A stretch of 58,711 bases of DNA, the filler included, from Sphacelaria rigidula (Eukaryota), in NCBI GenBank assembly GCA_964200075.2. It is 7 parts of 7 records of this genome, joined end to end, with 100 filler letters (N's around TTAATTAATTAA, not from the genome) between each part and the next. Parts side by side here need not be neighbours in the genome. Positions count along the whole stretch, not along the records: positions 8,403 to 16,704 come from CAXNAA020011597.1; positions 16,805 to 25,106 come from CAXNAA020011598.1; positions 25,207 to 33,508 come from CAXNAA020011599.1; 4 more parts are not named here. One strand, written 5' to 3'. Shown here one piece after another: positions 12,997-25,349 of the stretch. The translations under genes and the position numbers were made by a program. The notes below the pieces were generated by a model, which was not told the origin of the DNA, searched no databases, and worked only from the letters and a program-made list of their open reading frames with translations. Numbering within the stretch: the stretch's first letter is position 1; every line of letters begins with the position of its first letter.

Positions 12997-14978
12997 GGTA
13001 GTTTCCGGAGTGTTTTCTGACGTGTTCCAGCCACGTTAGTTGTGTGATGCGTGAGGGGACCGCGTGCTTAGGGGTAGACCCCAGTGGAAGTCCTAAAATA
13101 ACGGGTGGTTTCCTTGGAAAGCAGTAGTTCATTGTAACGGGTATAAAGCGTTCAAGCAAGGAAATTTCGATCTTGAACAGGGAAAGATATACTACGATAT
13201 CCCTGAATACTATTCTGCATGTTTCATTCCGAGCAATATTCCCCAAATACCCCCACAGTTGTCACAAATCCTATCTGAGGGGGAGGGTGCCAGCGCTTTC
13301 CGCCCCTGGATCAGACCCCGGTTGGGACCGTCAGGAGGGATATTCAAACTACAGCTGATGCGGGTTCTAAATGAAGATAAACGGCTCAGATTTTGCAAGC
13401 GCGTTGCACAACAGTATGGTACTGTTCGACAGCCTCACCGCGGAACCGGTTCTCAACACAGCCACGGCGGTGGTGACCATACAAGGCGCGATAGCTGGTA
13501 TAGAATGGATGAAGCGCCTCGCATGGGCACTACTGGCGAAACAACCCCAACCGTGGGACTAACCCTTACCCCCGTTGTGCGTCTCTACAGCTTTATTGTG
13601 GGGCACCATTTTATCCAACTGACGACTGTACTGTAGTGATGCTGTACTCTGGTGGTGGTATATCTCGGCAGACTGCTGAATGATGCTACGTTTCAAAGAT
13701 CGCTGGTGTCTGTTCCCGGATTGGATCGTTCCGCTGACGGCGGTCGTCACCGGCGCAACAGTGTGAAGTCTCTCTCAGATACTCAACAAGAGGCGCTCGA
13801 CAACCCGATGACTAGTCCAAAGAAGTATGTTTTCAGCATTCTTTGTTACGTGCTCCTTAGCGCTTAGACGCAGATCCCGCTAAACAAATGCAGGACAAGG
13901 AATGACGGCGGTTTTTCTGTTTGACTGATTATCATCATGCTTGCGCTGCCGTGCAGAGACTTCTGGGTTTGGCTTACATGGTCGAAACCGGTTGCGAATC
14001 TCGAGCCTTTTGGACGAAGGAAGTGAAATTTCAATGGTCCGTTGAATCTCGCCCAAATGTTGAACCTCAAAATCAACTCCAGGCTGTCATAGGTAGCTAG
14101 CCTGTGACCACGGAAGGCGTCCGCATCAGATGCCCAGTACGAATTTACCGCTCACACATCGGAGCGGCTTTTAATGTGAAGACAACAACAACCTCAACTG
14201 AAGCCGGGTACAACGGCAAATTATCGTAGTGGAACGGAGCAGATTAGAATACACTGAAACCGAGCAGTGTTCACCACCACACTAGAAGACAAGCACATTC
14301 TGACCACAACACTGAAATGGTGTATATTTGGAACCACATGGCATCCACGTCATTTGACCTCACACTGAGCTGCAGTGATACAACATAAATAGTTGAGCAA
14401 TGATGAATAAAATCATGAGCCCAGAGGTGATCGTCGAAAGTTCGACCTTGAACGGGTGTTCCGTCCATCCCGTGCCCCTCCTCAACACGGACAATACCAA
14501 AGGGATCATCCTGCGGGAGAGGGGGGGTGTACTCATCATCATGCATGTCATTGTCGTTGCGGAGGGGGGGGCATTCCTTTATGAAAGCAGCAACGGTTCT
14601 TCGAACGCGCTCGTCGCCGATGAGTAACACCCAGCCATGTTGCTTCACACTGCTTCACCCAAATGCAAGCGCACCGTGTGTTGGGTCGTCTGACCCAAGC
14701 TCATCTGCTGGGCGCAACATACTTGAAGCGCCAACGATCACCACCCGCTGCGTAGCGGGCACCGCGAACAACGGTGCGTGCGGGTGAGTAAGCGGCAGTT
14801 GCTCGTGTCACATTGATCGACGAGCAACGCTATGGCCGTGATCGCAACGTAGATGTGTGCAGAGCGGACGACCATAACTTCACGCTACGCAAAATTTAGG
14901 AAGTCAACCAACGGTAATCAAGTGTACGACTGTAGTAGTGAGTTATTGAATATTGCGTAGAAGTCGGTGGGAGCAATG

Positions 14979-15220
14979 CTACGGTAGAAGTGCACTTTTT
15001 TCGCGAGAGTTTGTCTGGTTCAGGGGCTCCTAACGATTCCAGACGCACAAGATTATAGGTCAGGGCATCCCCGTTTGCAGATTCATTCGGGATATCCCCG
15101 GCACATTGGAATAGTAATCCTGGCGTACTCTCGCATATTTTCACCAGGAGTGGTTTGGATGACATAAAGGGCTCCTGACATTTTGACCTCAGAAATTATT
15201 TGTGTACCCCTATACCGTAG
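14979..15220. mobile_element. TIR MITE family (CTACGGTAG...CTACCGTAG); relatives at ~29295-29571 and ~29697-29824
   Basis: Inverted termini, plus internal sequence (ttcaggggctcctaa, attcattcgggatatccc..gcacattggaat) shared with 29335-29571. Confidence 0.65.
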
Positions 15221-15331
15221 CATCACTCGTGGACAGTGAGTGTGTGCCAAATTGACGGCAATCATACAGTGACTGGAGACCGTATTGATAGGAGTGAGGG
15301 GGGGGCGTGCTGTTTCGATCACGACGAGGCT

Positions 15332-15542
15332 TGTAGTGCGTGGGAGGACCGCGTGCTTAAAGGACCGCATCGGAATTTGAACACCCCTATGGGTAGGGTT
15401 AGGGTTAGGGTTGGGGTTGGGGTTCGGATCAGGGGCGTGGTACCTCCAAGGGCTGACCCGATTGGTTTTGAAAAGCGTTGATCCTGAGGTGTTTTGACCG
15501 ATGGCGCGGTCCTCTAAGCACGCGGCCCTCTCACGCAATACA
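15332..15542 (-). mobile_element. Telomere-core MITE, reverse orientation
   Basis: TGTAGTGCGTGGGAGGACCGCG...CTCACGCAATACA. Core gggtagggttagggttagggttggggttgggg. Perfect 5-bp TSD AGGCT/AGGCT. Confidence 0.9.
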
Positions 15543-15767
15543 AGGCTGATGCTCCCAAGCTACACTGCGGCGGGGTAATCGTGCAGGGACATCGCGTAGC
15601 TGCTATCGTGTGCATTGTGTTGCAAAACCCTTTTGAGAACGAAATGCTGTTCCCGGGGGACAGCGCCATATCCGCATAGAAGGCAAACAAATTCAGAATA
15701 ACAGCGCTTGCAACAAATGCAGAAGCAAAAAAATGATGGCGATAGTCAATGCGCACCGCACAGGATC

Positions 15768-16704
15768 TGTAATGCGTGAGAGAGCGCGTGCTCAGGGAAC
15801 CGCACCGGAGTTCGGAACACTTCAGGATCGACGTTTTCCAAAACCAATCGGGCCAGTCCCTGCAGGACCACACCCCTGACCGCAACCAAAACACCAACAC
15901 CAACACTATCCTGAACAACAGGGATGTTCAAACTCCGATGCGGTACTCTAGGCACGCGGTCCTCTCACGTGCGAATGGCCACTGGGGTACCTGCCACCTC
16001 AAATAATTTGGACGTTACGGACTTTGCACAACGTCTGTGACGTCCAAATTTGAGGTTGCAGGCACCTCAGTGGCCACCCGTTTACATTGCAGTATCGTCA
16101 GTACAAAAACAAAGTGGCAGAAAAAAAATGGTGTGTGCTTGTGCGATCCTAAGATGGGGGGGGGGGTCGCACGAACAAATAAATGATGTCATGTCTGAGT
16201 TGCACTCTAATAATACGTGAGAGAGCCGCGTGATGAGGGGACCACATCATAGTTCGACACACCTCAGGATCGAAGTTTTCCGAACCCAATCGGGTCAGTC
16301 CCTGCAGGACTACACCCCTGACCGTAACCCCAACACAATGGGGATGTTCGAACTCCGATGCGGTACTCTAGGCACGCGGTCCTCTCACGCACGGGTGGTC
16401 ACTGGGGTGCCTGCCACCTCAAATTTGGACGTTACAGACGTTGCACAAGGTCTGTGACGTCCAAATTTGAGGTGGCAGGCACCTCAGTGGCCACCCGTTT
16501 GCATTACAGTATCGTCAGGACAAAAACAAAGCGGCAGAAAAAAATGGTGAGTGCATGTGTGATCCTAAGATGGGGGGGGGTGTACTCATGATCATGGGGG
16601 GGGGGGGGGGGGTCGTCGCACGAACAAATGAATGTTTTCATGTCTGAGGTGCCCCGTATTACGTGGGATAGCCGCGGGGTGGGGGGGCCCCCTCATAGTT
16701 TGAC
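15768..16704. repeat. Tandem ~440-bp units, each a telomere-core MITE derivative + ~108-bp hairpin + G-rich tail
   Basis: Units start at ~15768, ~16208 and ~16655, the third running into the gap. Hairpins at 15971-16081 and 16391-16498. Confidence 0.85.
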
Positions 16705-16865
16705 NNNNNNNNNNNNNNNNNNNNNNNNNNNNNNNNNNNNNNNNNNNNTTAATTAATTAANNNNNNNNNNNNNNNNNNNNNNNNNNNNNNNNNNNNNNNN
16801 NNNNACATTGTTTACTCACGTTCTCACGCTTTCCACCGTGGAAATCATATATTACGAAGAAAAAA

Positions 16866-16941
16866 CCCAACGCATCGGGAATCGAACCCCCGTCCTCTCC
16901 GTCCTAATGGCAGCAGTCGGACCATTTCACCACCGGGGTGC
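16866..16941 (-). mobile_element. tRNA-derived head (SINE or tRNA pseudogene) with Pol III A/B boxes
   Basis: Minus strand has A box TGGTGAAATGG and B box GGTTCGATTCC at tRNA-like spacing, but no proper acceptor stem. Confidence 0.55.
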
Positions 16942-17713
16942 GGTGGCCTATGATTGCCCCGTGCTTTCTCGCGCAAGCGAACTAGGTTCGTGTAGTACAC
17001 ACCCCCACTAGGCGCACTGAAACTGCGTTCTGCAAACCCCAACACACACGCGATCAACCCTATCGGAACTCATTTTGTGCTCGCTAAGCTTTCTAACAGC
17101 ATGTGACTGACTCCAACAAGCAACTCGACACGATCTTGTGTTGGTGAGTGGAATACAGAGGAGCTGGGTTTTGAACGACCCGTGCGCTCCAACTGCTTGC
17201 GAAAGGTGCAAAGTGGGAAATGAGCATGAGATTTTTCAAACGCTAGACTAGCAACACGAAGCTTCGAGTCGATTCATTAGTGTGCGCAAAAAATAGATGG
17301 CTGCAAAGAGATGACCCGTCAGTATTCTCCGTGACCGCGATGATGTAGCCATGGTCATTATTCATATGTGATGCCGATACAGACGTTGTATGGGTGCTCC
17401 TCTAACGAAGACCCGAGAATTTCTACAGTCACAGGGCTGATGGTGTCACCGACATCCGGTCATATTGAATATAATATTATCTCGACAGAGGGTAGTATGT
17501 GTGTGTGTATGTATGTACGTATGAAGGGATGTATAGTATGCATGAATGCATGCATGCATGTTGATGTCACTGTGAATTGCTTGATTGTGGTGTACTAGTA
17601 GTCCCGCGTTGAAGATCCCGCTCGTTTCGTAGTCCATATCATGACTCCTTCCGTCAGCCTCTGTTTTGATCTGGTCCGGTTTACCCGATTTGTACCCGAT
17701 TTTACCTGGGCAG

Positions 17714-17825
17714 GTATTACTACGCGAGGGCAGTCGCGGCCAATCCATACCACGGGGTTGCGCACTTTAACCTGGGTCTTCTACTTCACGACGAAGACCC
17801 CGAAACAGCTATGGAGCATTACCAG
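17714..17825 (+). CDS. Isolated internal exon encoding a TPR-like repeat
   Basis: cag|G TAT...TAC CAG|gtac. Translates YYYARAVAANPYHGVAHFNLGLLLHDEDPETAMEHYQ, matching the TPR pattern Y..A...NP....AHFNLG.L......A..HY. Confidence 0.65.
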
Positions 17826-18499
17826 GTACAACAGCTGTTCGTCGTAGACAGTCGCCAAGCGTCCTATCGTTGGTAAGATATACATACCGTACACGATAGG
17901 CGACCCGCAGAAATGCAGGACGTGATTGAGGTAGAGTACCGTACCCTGAAGTACCCTGAATATGATGGATATTTGCCATACTGAGCATCCCGAAATACCC
18001 GGCGTATCGGCTGCACACCCTGGACAGTGGATTCTATAGTAAAAAAATGTACTGCGTACAGTATGGAATTTGTTGGCTGCAGTAGGCGCAATAGTCGATA
18101 CTGTACGCAGTACACTTTTTATTTGTGTATTCTGTTGTCCAGGGTATGATCGGCTGCGGTAAGTACTGTGCCATTGACTGATTTTACTGGTTAATAGCCG
18201 CGCATCATCTGAATCGCGACAATCCGACCATGGTCACAAGAGGGACGTGCGTACCCAAGGTGATCAAAGGAGGACAGCTGGCTCGAAAAACGCGAGGGGG
18301 GGAAGGCGGAGGAAGGGGGATGCGGGGGGGGGCAGTAGGAAAAGAAGGAGAAAACAACGGAAATACAGAAACCTGGAATCGAGACGAAGATTCCCGTGCA
18401 GAAGATGAGGGCCATGATTATCGATAGTGGCATGCTTCGTGGGACATTGTTTCTCCTGCCCAATTCTCCGAACAGCTACGTTTCTCATGAAACCTCCAG

Positions 18500-21400
18500 C
18501 GGTGTCGTGAAAGAAATTCGATTATGCATGTATATACACTTGGATCTTATCTCCTGCCCCCGACCGCGGCCCGCCTGAACATGGCTGTGTCGAGGTGATT
18601 TGGCCCCGATCAGCAACTAGACCATACGTGGGAGAGAGTGACAGGGGGTGATGCCGACTGAGAAAAACTCCAGACTCGACCCCGCGGAAGTAGAGTTTCA
18701 CTGAAATTCGGCCTCTGGCCCGAAACCACGCTGATGGAGATGAGAGACGTGCGAGTAAATTCCAGATTCGGCGGACTGGAGATCGCGACCGAAGCGGGTC
18801 GGAAAGGCTGCACCCTCCCCGCGCGACCGAAGCGCAGGTCAAGAAACACGACATGCCGAGGGAAAATGGGAACATGAGCAAAAGCTCGCGTGTACTACAA
18901 AAAAAACGAGAAATATTCCCAAACAGAGGGCGGAACAAGTGGAAACGCGTGTAAGTGCAGGTAAGGCTAGAGTTAGGTCGGGCATATGGGAGCTCAAGAT
19001 AATGACTACAACGTCCGTACACTGCCCATCACGGGAACGAACGGGGCTGACCATGCTAGGGTGATTCTGCGACAGTGTCAAGCGGTAGGACGTGATGTCA
19101 TCGGACTGCACCAGACAAGGAGACCGGGCCGAACCGGGTTCGTTGCTGAGGGATACCGTGTCTTCTGCGGCGGGGTGAAAGGGCATGGGAAGGGCCGGAC
19201 AGCATGGGATCTGTTCGGCGGTCAAGGAGTGGATCATCAATAAGGCGACGTCGACACGGGCACTCATCAGCGAACGCCTCGTGTCGATGACTTTGAAACT
19301 CGCAGGCAAATCGAACGCTGCCACCGTTGTAGTTGCATATGCACTTACGGACACATCGATGTAAACAGGAGCGAGATATATTTTGGACTGAGTTAAGTCA
19401 GGATCGTGAACTCGACCCCCCAACAAACACCACCTGTTTATTTCGAAGAATGCTTACCCTAGGACCAGGGTAAGAACAGGCGAGGAGGGATATGAAATGT
19501 TGGGGGCATAAGGCCGGGACTCCTGAACCGTCGCCAGCAACACGTCTTTGCTACATTTGCGGGTTTGCCCTGGACAACACGTCTTTTTCAACCCCCGAGG
19601 GAAGCGCGTGGCGTACATTCAACATTATTGCGAACCGTCCCGCGCACAACGAACACATAAACTACGCCATCACACGGCAAGATCACCGCCGGCTTCTTTG
19701 CAATATCACCGGCCGCGTCTAACCATCCAACTCGCCAGACTCTTCGAGCAAAGGTAGGGTAGGATAGGAGGAGTATTCTGAAGCTCCGAAGGAAGTAAAA
19801 AATATGGTAACAGAAGAAAAAGGAGCAAGTTTGGAAAGGTGTTGTGAAAAAAAACAAATGGAGATTTCGATGGCGGGATGAAACAAATGTGGGTAAAGTC
19901 GCAACATCGCATGCGCCTCAGTGCGTCTCCTTGATTGCTTCGCACGCAAGAGATACAGGTGAATCCTTGTTGTGTGCAACCTACTCGGCAGTCGTGCGAT
20001 AATATTTAACATTAGTAGACCTGAGCAACGCACGCAAGTCATCATCGGCGATACAGTCAGTACATTGACTGCGAACGGTACCGACGTATTTCTGAGTTCA
20101 GTGAGAGGCCGATGCCCCGTCAGATCCGAAAGCCACATATGGCGCGGGGGTTCGAGGGTGCTGCCATGTAAACGGAGTTCAAACAAACCTACAATGAGAA
20201 AGTGAGGGCGAGGCTGACGGTGCGACTGGGAACTGGGACCGAGAGACAAACCAGTATGGCACACACTGCAAGCGGCGTGCAGGAAACTCAGAGAGGCGAT
20301 CCAAATGGGGTGGACAGATACCTGCAGGTGTATGCGAAGGAAAAAGAGCCATGGATCAAAATTGAGGTAATGAAATCGAACAAACACATGAAAAGATGGA
20401 GGAGACTGGCGGGACAAAAAGTGGAGAGTTCGATGCTTATCAGAGACGAGTACGGGACCCTACTGCGAGACAAGGACCTAATCTGTTGAAAATAGGAACG
20501 GTTCGTCTCAACCTTGCTAAATGCCATCTCGAGACCTATTGATCCAGCCGTCATTGACAACATTTCGCAACGACCTCGGGCGTTGTCACTTGGAGACCCG
20601 CTAAGCCCATGTGGACCTGAGGAGGAATGAGAGCCATGTCGAACAGCAAAGCGATAGGTTAGGATGGTCTTACCCGCTGAACTCTTAGAAGCTTCGACTG
20701 AGCGGAGAGGGCTCGGAGATGGTGCATCATCCCCACAGCGTCATCGCTGCGGGTTGGACATCTGACGAGGTGCTGCAGAAATGTAGAGAAGCCGCTTTCG
20801 AAGTTCTACACAAAAAGGAGAGGACCGAGCGTGGTAACCGCAAGGGCATCTCACTCGTGGCGAACACTGTTGAAGTTACTTTCAAAATCATAGTTGACAG
20901 GCCCGGTAATTTCCTGCGAGGAGGTAGAGATTTCCCCGGAAAAGCAGTGCGGATTTCGGTGTCAAACACTGGCGACCGACATCAAGTTTGTAGCAAAATC
21001 GTGCTAAAGATGTGTTTCGTCGATCGGCAGAATGCATACGAAGTTGTAGATGTCACGCTCCTGTGGGCAGTGCATGTCGGATTCGGACCCCTGCCACGAC
21101 TGAATAGGGTCATCGCCATGTTTCACGACGGCATTCCAGCTCGGATTCAGCTGGATGATGACAAACCGCTGGCGTGGTTCCACGTGTAGCAGGAACTGAG
21201 ACACGAGTGCGTTCCGTACCCGCTGTTGCTCGACATCTTTTCGGCTCAGCCTTCGTCGACCTGATCAAGCAGCGGTTCGGGGAAAACCCAGGCATCGTCT
21301 CAGACTCGGTATTTGTAGATGATGCACCGAAATATGAAGATGTTGAACCTCTGGAAGAGACGACGCTGGAGGAGGTGCGGTGGGTGGTGTGGGCAGTTCT

Positions 21401-22830
21401 ATTTGCAAATGGCGCAGATACAGTCTCGAGGTTCACAGACGGGCGTACTCATTTGTTGCTTGCCTTGAGTACGCCCGTCTGTGAACCTCGAGACTGTATC
21501 TGCGCCATTTGCAAAAAGAACTGCCCACACCACCCACGGTTCACAGACGGGCCGGCTAGAATGACGGCCGTGGTAGCGGTGGCGTGTCAGGAGTTCCGGT
21601 TGATAGCAACGGAAGACTAGACAGAGTGCATACCTCTGTGGTCAGTGCCCATCGCCACGCGCATGAGCGTGGCAGGTCAACGGTATGATCAGGCGGCAAG
21701 TTGGTTCACCTCGGTGGCGCTGTTAGCATGGATATGAATATTTTCACCGAAGTCGACCGCCCTATCAGTGCTGTATTGGTATGGCTCCTAGCCGTTCAAT
21801 TGATCCGACGCCCAACTATCTGTGAAAATCAGGCTGCTTAAAGCGAAGAGGGTGGAAGTTACGCCGTACGGATGTGCTACTTGCGCGCTGCGTGCCGAGC
21901 AATTTTGAGAGCCTGCGCATTGCCCACCATGAGCGTTTGCTGCGGGTAGTTGGGATTCTGCAGGAAGGAGCAAACTGGCTACGAGACGTTTTCGTACAGC
22001 GGTGTGCTCGAGATGACCAATTGCGAATATATCGAGATGACCATCCTCAAGTGTCGACCCTCGTTCGCGTGGGGCCTTGTGCAGCACGACGAAACATGTC
22101 TTCCAAAACCCATTATGGTCGGATGGTTTGCTGCACAAGGGGCCAAGAAGGCTGTCTCCCCCCCCCCCCTTCAAACACTGGGGGGAACAACCGCCTCCGA
22201 GAACGTACGTGCACTTGGGGCTCTTCCACGCAAATGAGTATAACGGAAATGATTTGTCAACGAAGTGAAGGTTGAGGACGCACACGATTGGGTCACAGCG
22301 TCGAAGAACAGGGTAGATAGCATCTTGGAGTCGAGAAAGGGGCGAAAGCGTTCCGAAGAGACGTCGTGACACGAAGACAAACACGAATCGAACCTTCGCC
22401 GAAAACGAGAAGCTGCTGCGTCGAGACCTGCCGATCGGAGAGGTGCCGCCGCTAACACAACGTTAGCAACTCGCGAGGAATCCAAGATGGAAATGGCCGA
22501 GAGAGTATCCCGCTTCTGTACCCGACTAGGGATGAGTGGGGGAACCTGCCTCGACACGAAAAGTGATTTACCCCTGTCTTTTCCCATCAGTGATGATTTT
22601 TTCGTTGATTGATGGGCTTGCGGTGTTCACTGGATGGGGTTTTGTACCTGCTCTACCGTTCTGTCCTTGGGCTTGAACTTTTCCGGGGGTACTTTCTTCT
22701 CTCGTCTCTTCCCACACCCTATTTTTTTTTGTGTGTGTGTTCGTCCCTTCCGGTGTTTGCGAGTCGCAGTTTGGTGTCTGAATCCGCAGGTTTCACGGGC
22801 AGGTGGGTCAAATGAGCACCCCCCCCCCCT
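18500..22830 (+). mobile_element. Decayed non-LTR retrotransposon (APE endonuclease + RT, RTE-like)
   Basis: APE N-terminus YNVRTL...DVIGLHQTRR...GYRVFCGG (~19005-19180) and ISERLVSMTLKL...VVVAYA. RT remnants NRKGISLVA and MCFVD..AY..VD..LLWAV...FG...IAMFHDGIPARIQLDD...WFHV (~20840-21190). Many stops and frameshifts; ends approximate. Confidence 0.85.
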
Positions 22831-23499
22831 CCCCTCTCAGTATACCCCCAGCTTACTCTGTTTTACCCAACTGTTTTTTCATTTTTCTTCCGTTTGGAAT
22901 CTCAAATACGTTTATCGTGTGACCACGGCTCGATCCCTGAGAGGCCAATTAACGTTCGGCATTTAATCAGCCGGTTGACACATATGTGCATATATGCCTC
23001 AAGATACTAATCAAAACCTTAGCTGTGTTATTGCAGAGATGATATATACTTGCGAGGTCCCCCTTCGGGGGGCTGGTACGGGCCTCCCGGGGTGACGCAA
23101 GTCGCCAATATATGGTGAAGAGAGGCTGTTGTATCTCAATGTACATTAGTGATCGTGGCTGCTCAAATCATCGCATATGTTATCGGATTTCGTGCCGAAA
23201 TATGGGAATTCGGACGGAGGCCGACGGCGGAACCGCCGGCGTAGGATATGTGTGGTATTTCAGAGGTGCCAGAGTGCGAAGTACCTCTCATGCCACGAAG
23301 ACATGACAGCGGGAGGCACTTCTCGAAAAATTGGAATGCGTGGAAAATTCTTGGCACGTTCTTTGTACATCACAGCGGCTTCCACATCACCTTGCTTTTC
23401 CTTCAACGGGGTGATTGTTTTTTTGCGCCAAACATTCCTGTGCTGCCGTTCTGGTGTGCTTTGTTCAGCTCGCCAACAGCCAATTGCACGGTCTTGTGT

Positions 23500-23960
23500 T
23501 CGCTGCTGACTAAGGCAAAGGCAATGTTCAATTGTTTTCAATTGCTTTGCTTTCATTTATCTCGTGACAACAGTGGCACAACCGATGTGTCGTGCTCCCG
23601 AATGAACGAAAATACCACAAAGAGAAACACGGGGAAAAAATAACCCGCCAAGAGTAATCCTGTTTGAAGATTTTCATGACCTTCAACAGGCTTTTTTGTG
23701 GTTCGGGTTCCTGTTTCAAGTTTTCCATGATCTTGAAAAGGCTTTTGTGGTTTGGGATCGACACCCCGCGAAAAAGGGCCAGTTTAAGCGACTTTCGATG
23801 GCCAGCACATGCGCCACAGGGATCAGATGACGCCCACACCTGAACGGTAATGTACCGCTGAACCTTCTTGGTGCGCGGCGAAAAAAACGCGGGAAAATGC
23901 TGCCGCCAGAGAAAACTCGGCAACAGCGGTGAAAAATGTGAAATAATACACGTACACATA
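23500..23960. repeat. Dispersed repeat; inverted homolog at ~43700-44125
   Basis: E.g. ttttgtggtttgggatcgacaccccgcgaaaaag is near reverse-complement to ctttttcgcggggtgtcgatcccgaaccacaaa. Colinear over ~450 bp. Confidence 0.8.
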
Positions 23961-24257
23961 CGTAAACGTACGTATATTTCTTATTGCCAAACTTTTGACT
24001 CTTCCGGGGGATTTCCCATTTGGGCTGCTTGACTGTTGTTCACTTGACAGTCGCCCGTTATGTATATCGCTGCTTGCTTTCACACATTGCCATTCTGTAT
24101 TGCCGACAATCAGGTGAACCACAATCCCTACCCCCCCCCCCCCCACCCCCCGGTGGATTTTTGGGTCAGTGGTCAAACGACTAAGACAAGAAACGAATGA
24201 GGACGCCCCCCCCCCACTCATAACTATGGCGTGCAAGATCATCCGTTTCCCCCCCTC

Positions 24258-25030
24258 CTCCCATATAGTTGCGATAGGGCTGTATGGAAAAAAATTACGG
24301 AAGGGCAGGCTGGGAATAAGGTGAGATGGAGACGTCGGAAAAGTATTAAATCAGATGAAAGGAATCCAACACGACATAGTGTCCATAGGTTGAGACGCGG
24401 GGTACGAGACAAAAGTGAGGGACATGATGAAAAAAATGAAGAAAAAAAGGGCTTAGGCGCGAAGTAGACGAGGAAGAACACCTGAATATATACGGAGGGG
24501 ATTATATATATATATATATATATAGAATAGGGATGAAAGCATACCTGCATAGCCCAGTGGGCGCGGCGAAAAAAGTGAAACTGCGATTTCGGGTGGGGGA
24601 CCTGGGCCTCCCAGATTGAAACAGATGTACCAGGAGTCGAGAGGAGGAAGTAGACGCACCGAATTGCCCCTGTGGCAAGGCAATAGAGAGCAGAAGTCAT
24701 ATATTGGCAGAATGTGAACGATACAGGGAAGAACGGAACGTGCTAGAGGAGGATACGCGGGACGTAAACGAAGATAGCATGAAATCGTTTGATGCATTAG
24801 ACAGAAGGGAGAAAACGATGGCTATACTAGGAGATGGATGGTGGCCACAGACGGCGGAACGGGACGGTGATGAGATGTGTACAAGCTTTTTGTGTAGTGT
24901 ATGGAAGAAACGTGAATAGCGCCGGAATGCCGGGGGTTTCTCTATTAGGAGTAGGGACGGTGCTCCGTCGCAAAAGGGAAACGTGGTCAGTGGTCAAACG
25001 ACGGAGGCAAGTAACGAATAAGTACCCCCC
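24258..25030 (+). mobile_element. 3' fragment of a second LINE family with C-terminal Cys/His zinc motif
   Basis: Translates KLRFRVGDLGLP*...NCPCGKAIESRSHILAECERYREER (C-x-C...H....C, typical of LINE ORF2 ends). The 3' UTR gtcagtggtcaaacgac...gaataagta-C(n) also occurs as a short remnant at ~24163-24215. Confidence 0.7.
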
Positions 25031-25349
25031 CTCTGGTGGTGACGCACCCATGAGGCAATGTAATAGCCGTGGCTGTCTCTGGAAGTGGCGATACCAGACA
25101 ATAAAGNNNNNNNNNNNNNNNNNNNNNNNNNNNNNNNNNNNNNNNNNNNNTTAATTAATTAANNNNNNNNNNNNNNNNNNNNNNNNNNNNNNNNNNNNNN
25201 NNNNNNGGCGGTGACACCAAAGTGCCGCCGAGCCCCTTTGCTACATCTCCGATTCTTCCGTGGTTGAGTCGGACGAGACTCGTGCAGGTGGCGGCTAGGT
25301 CTGTGATGATGCGTTTCATTTCTGTTAGGTCTATGTGTGTGTTTGAGAG

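Noticed and set aside
11895-13560. Short similarity between ~11895-11950 and ~13508-13560, vaguely like an integrase zinc-binding region
   Set aside because: Too short and degenerate to assign.
13970-14875. Possible decayed minus-strand gene (WVLLIGDERVR, loosely like a GDS esterase motif)
   Set aside because: The catalytic Ser is absent, the frames are broken and a micro-repeat is inserted; no supportable call.
15392-15425. TTAGGG repeats as a telomere
   Set aside because: Short, degenerate and internal to a MITE.
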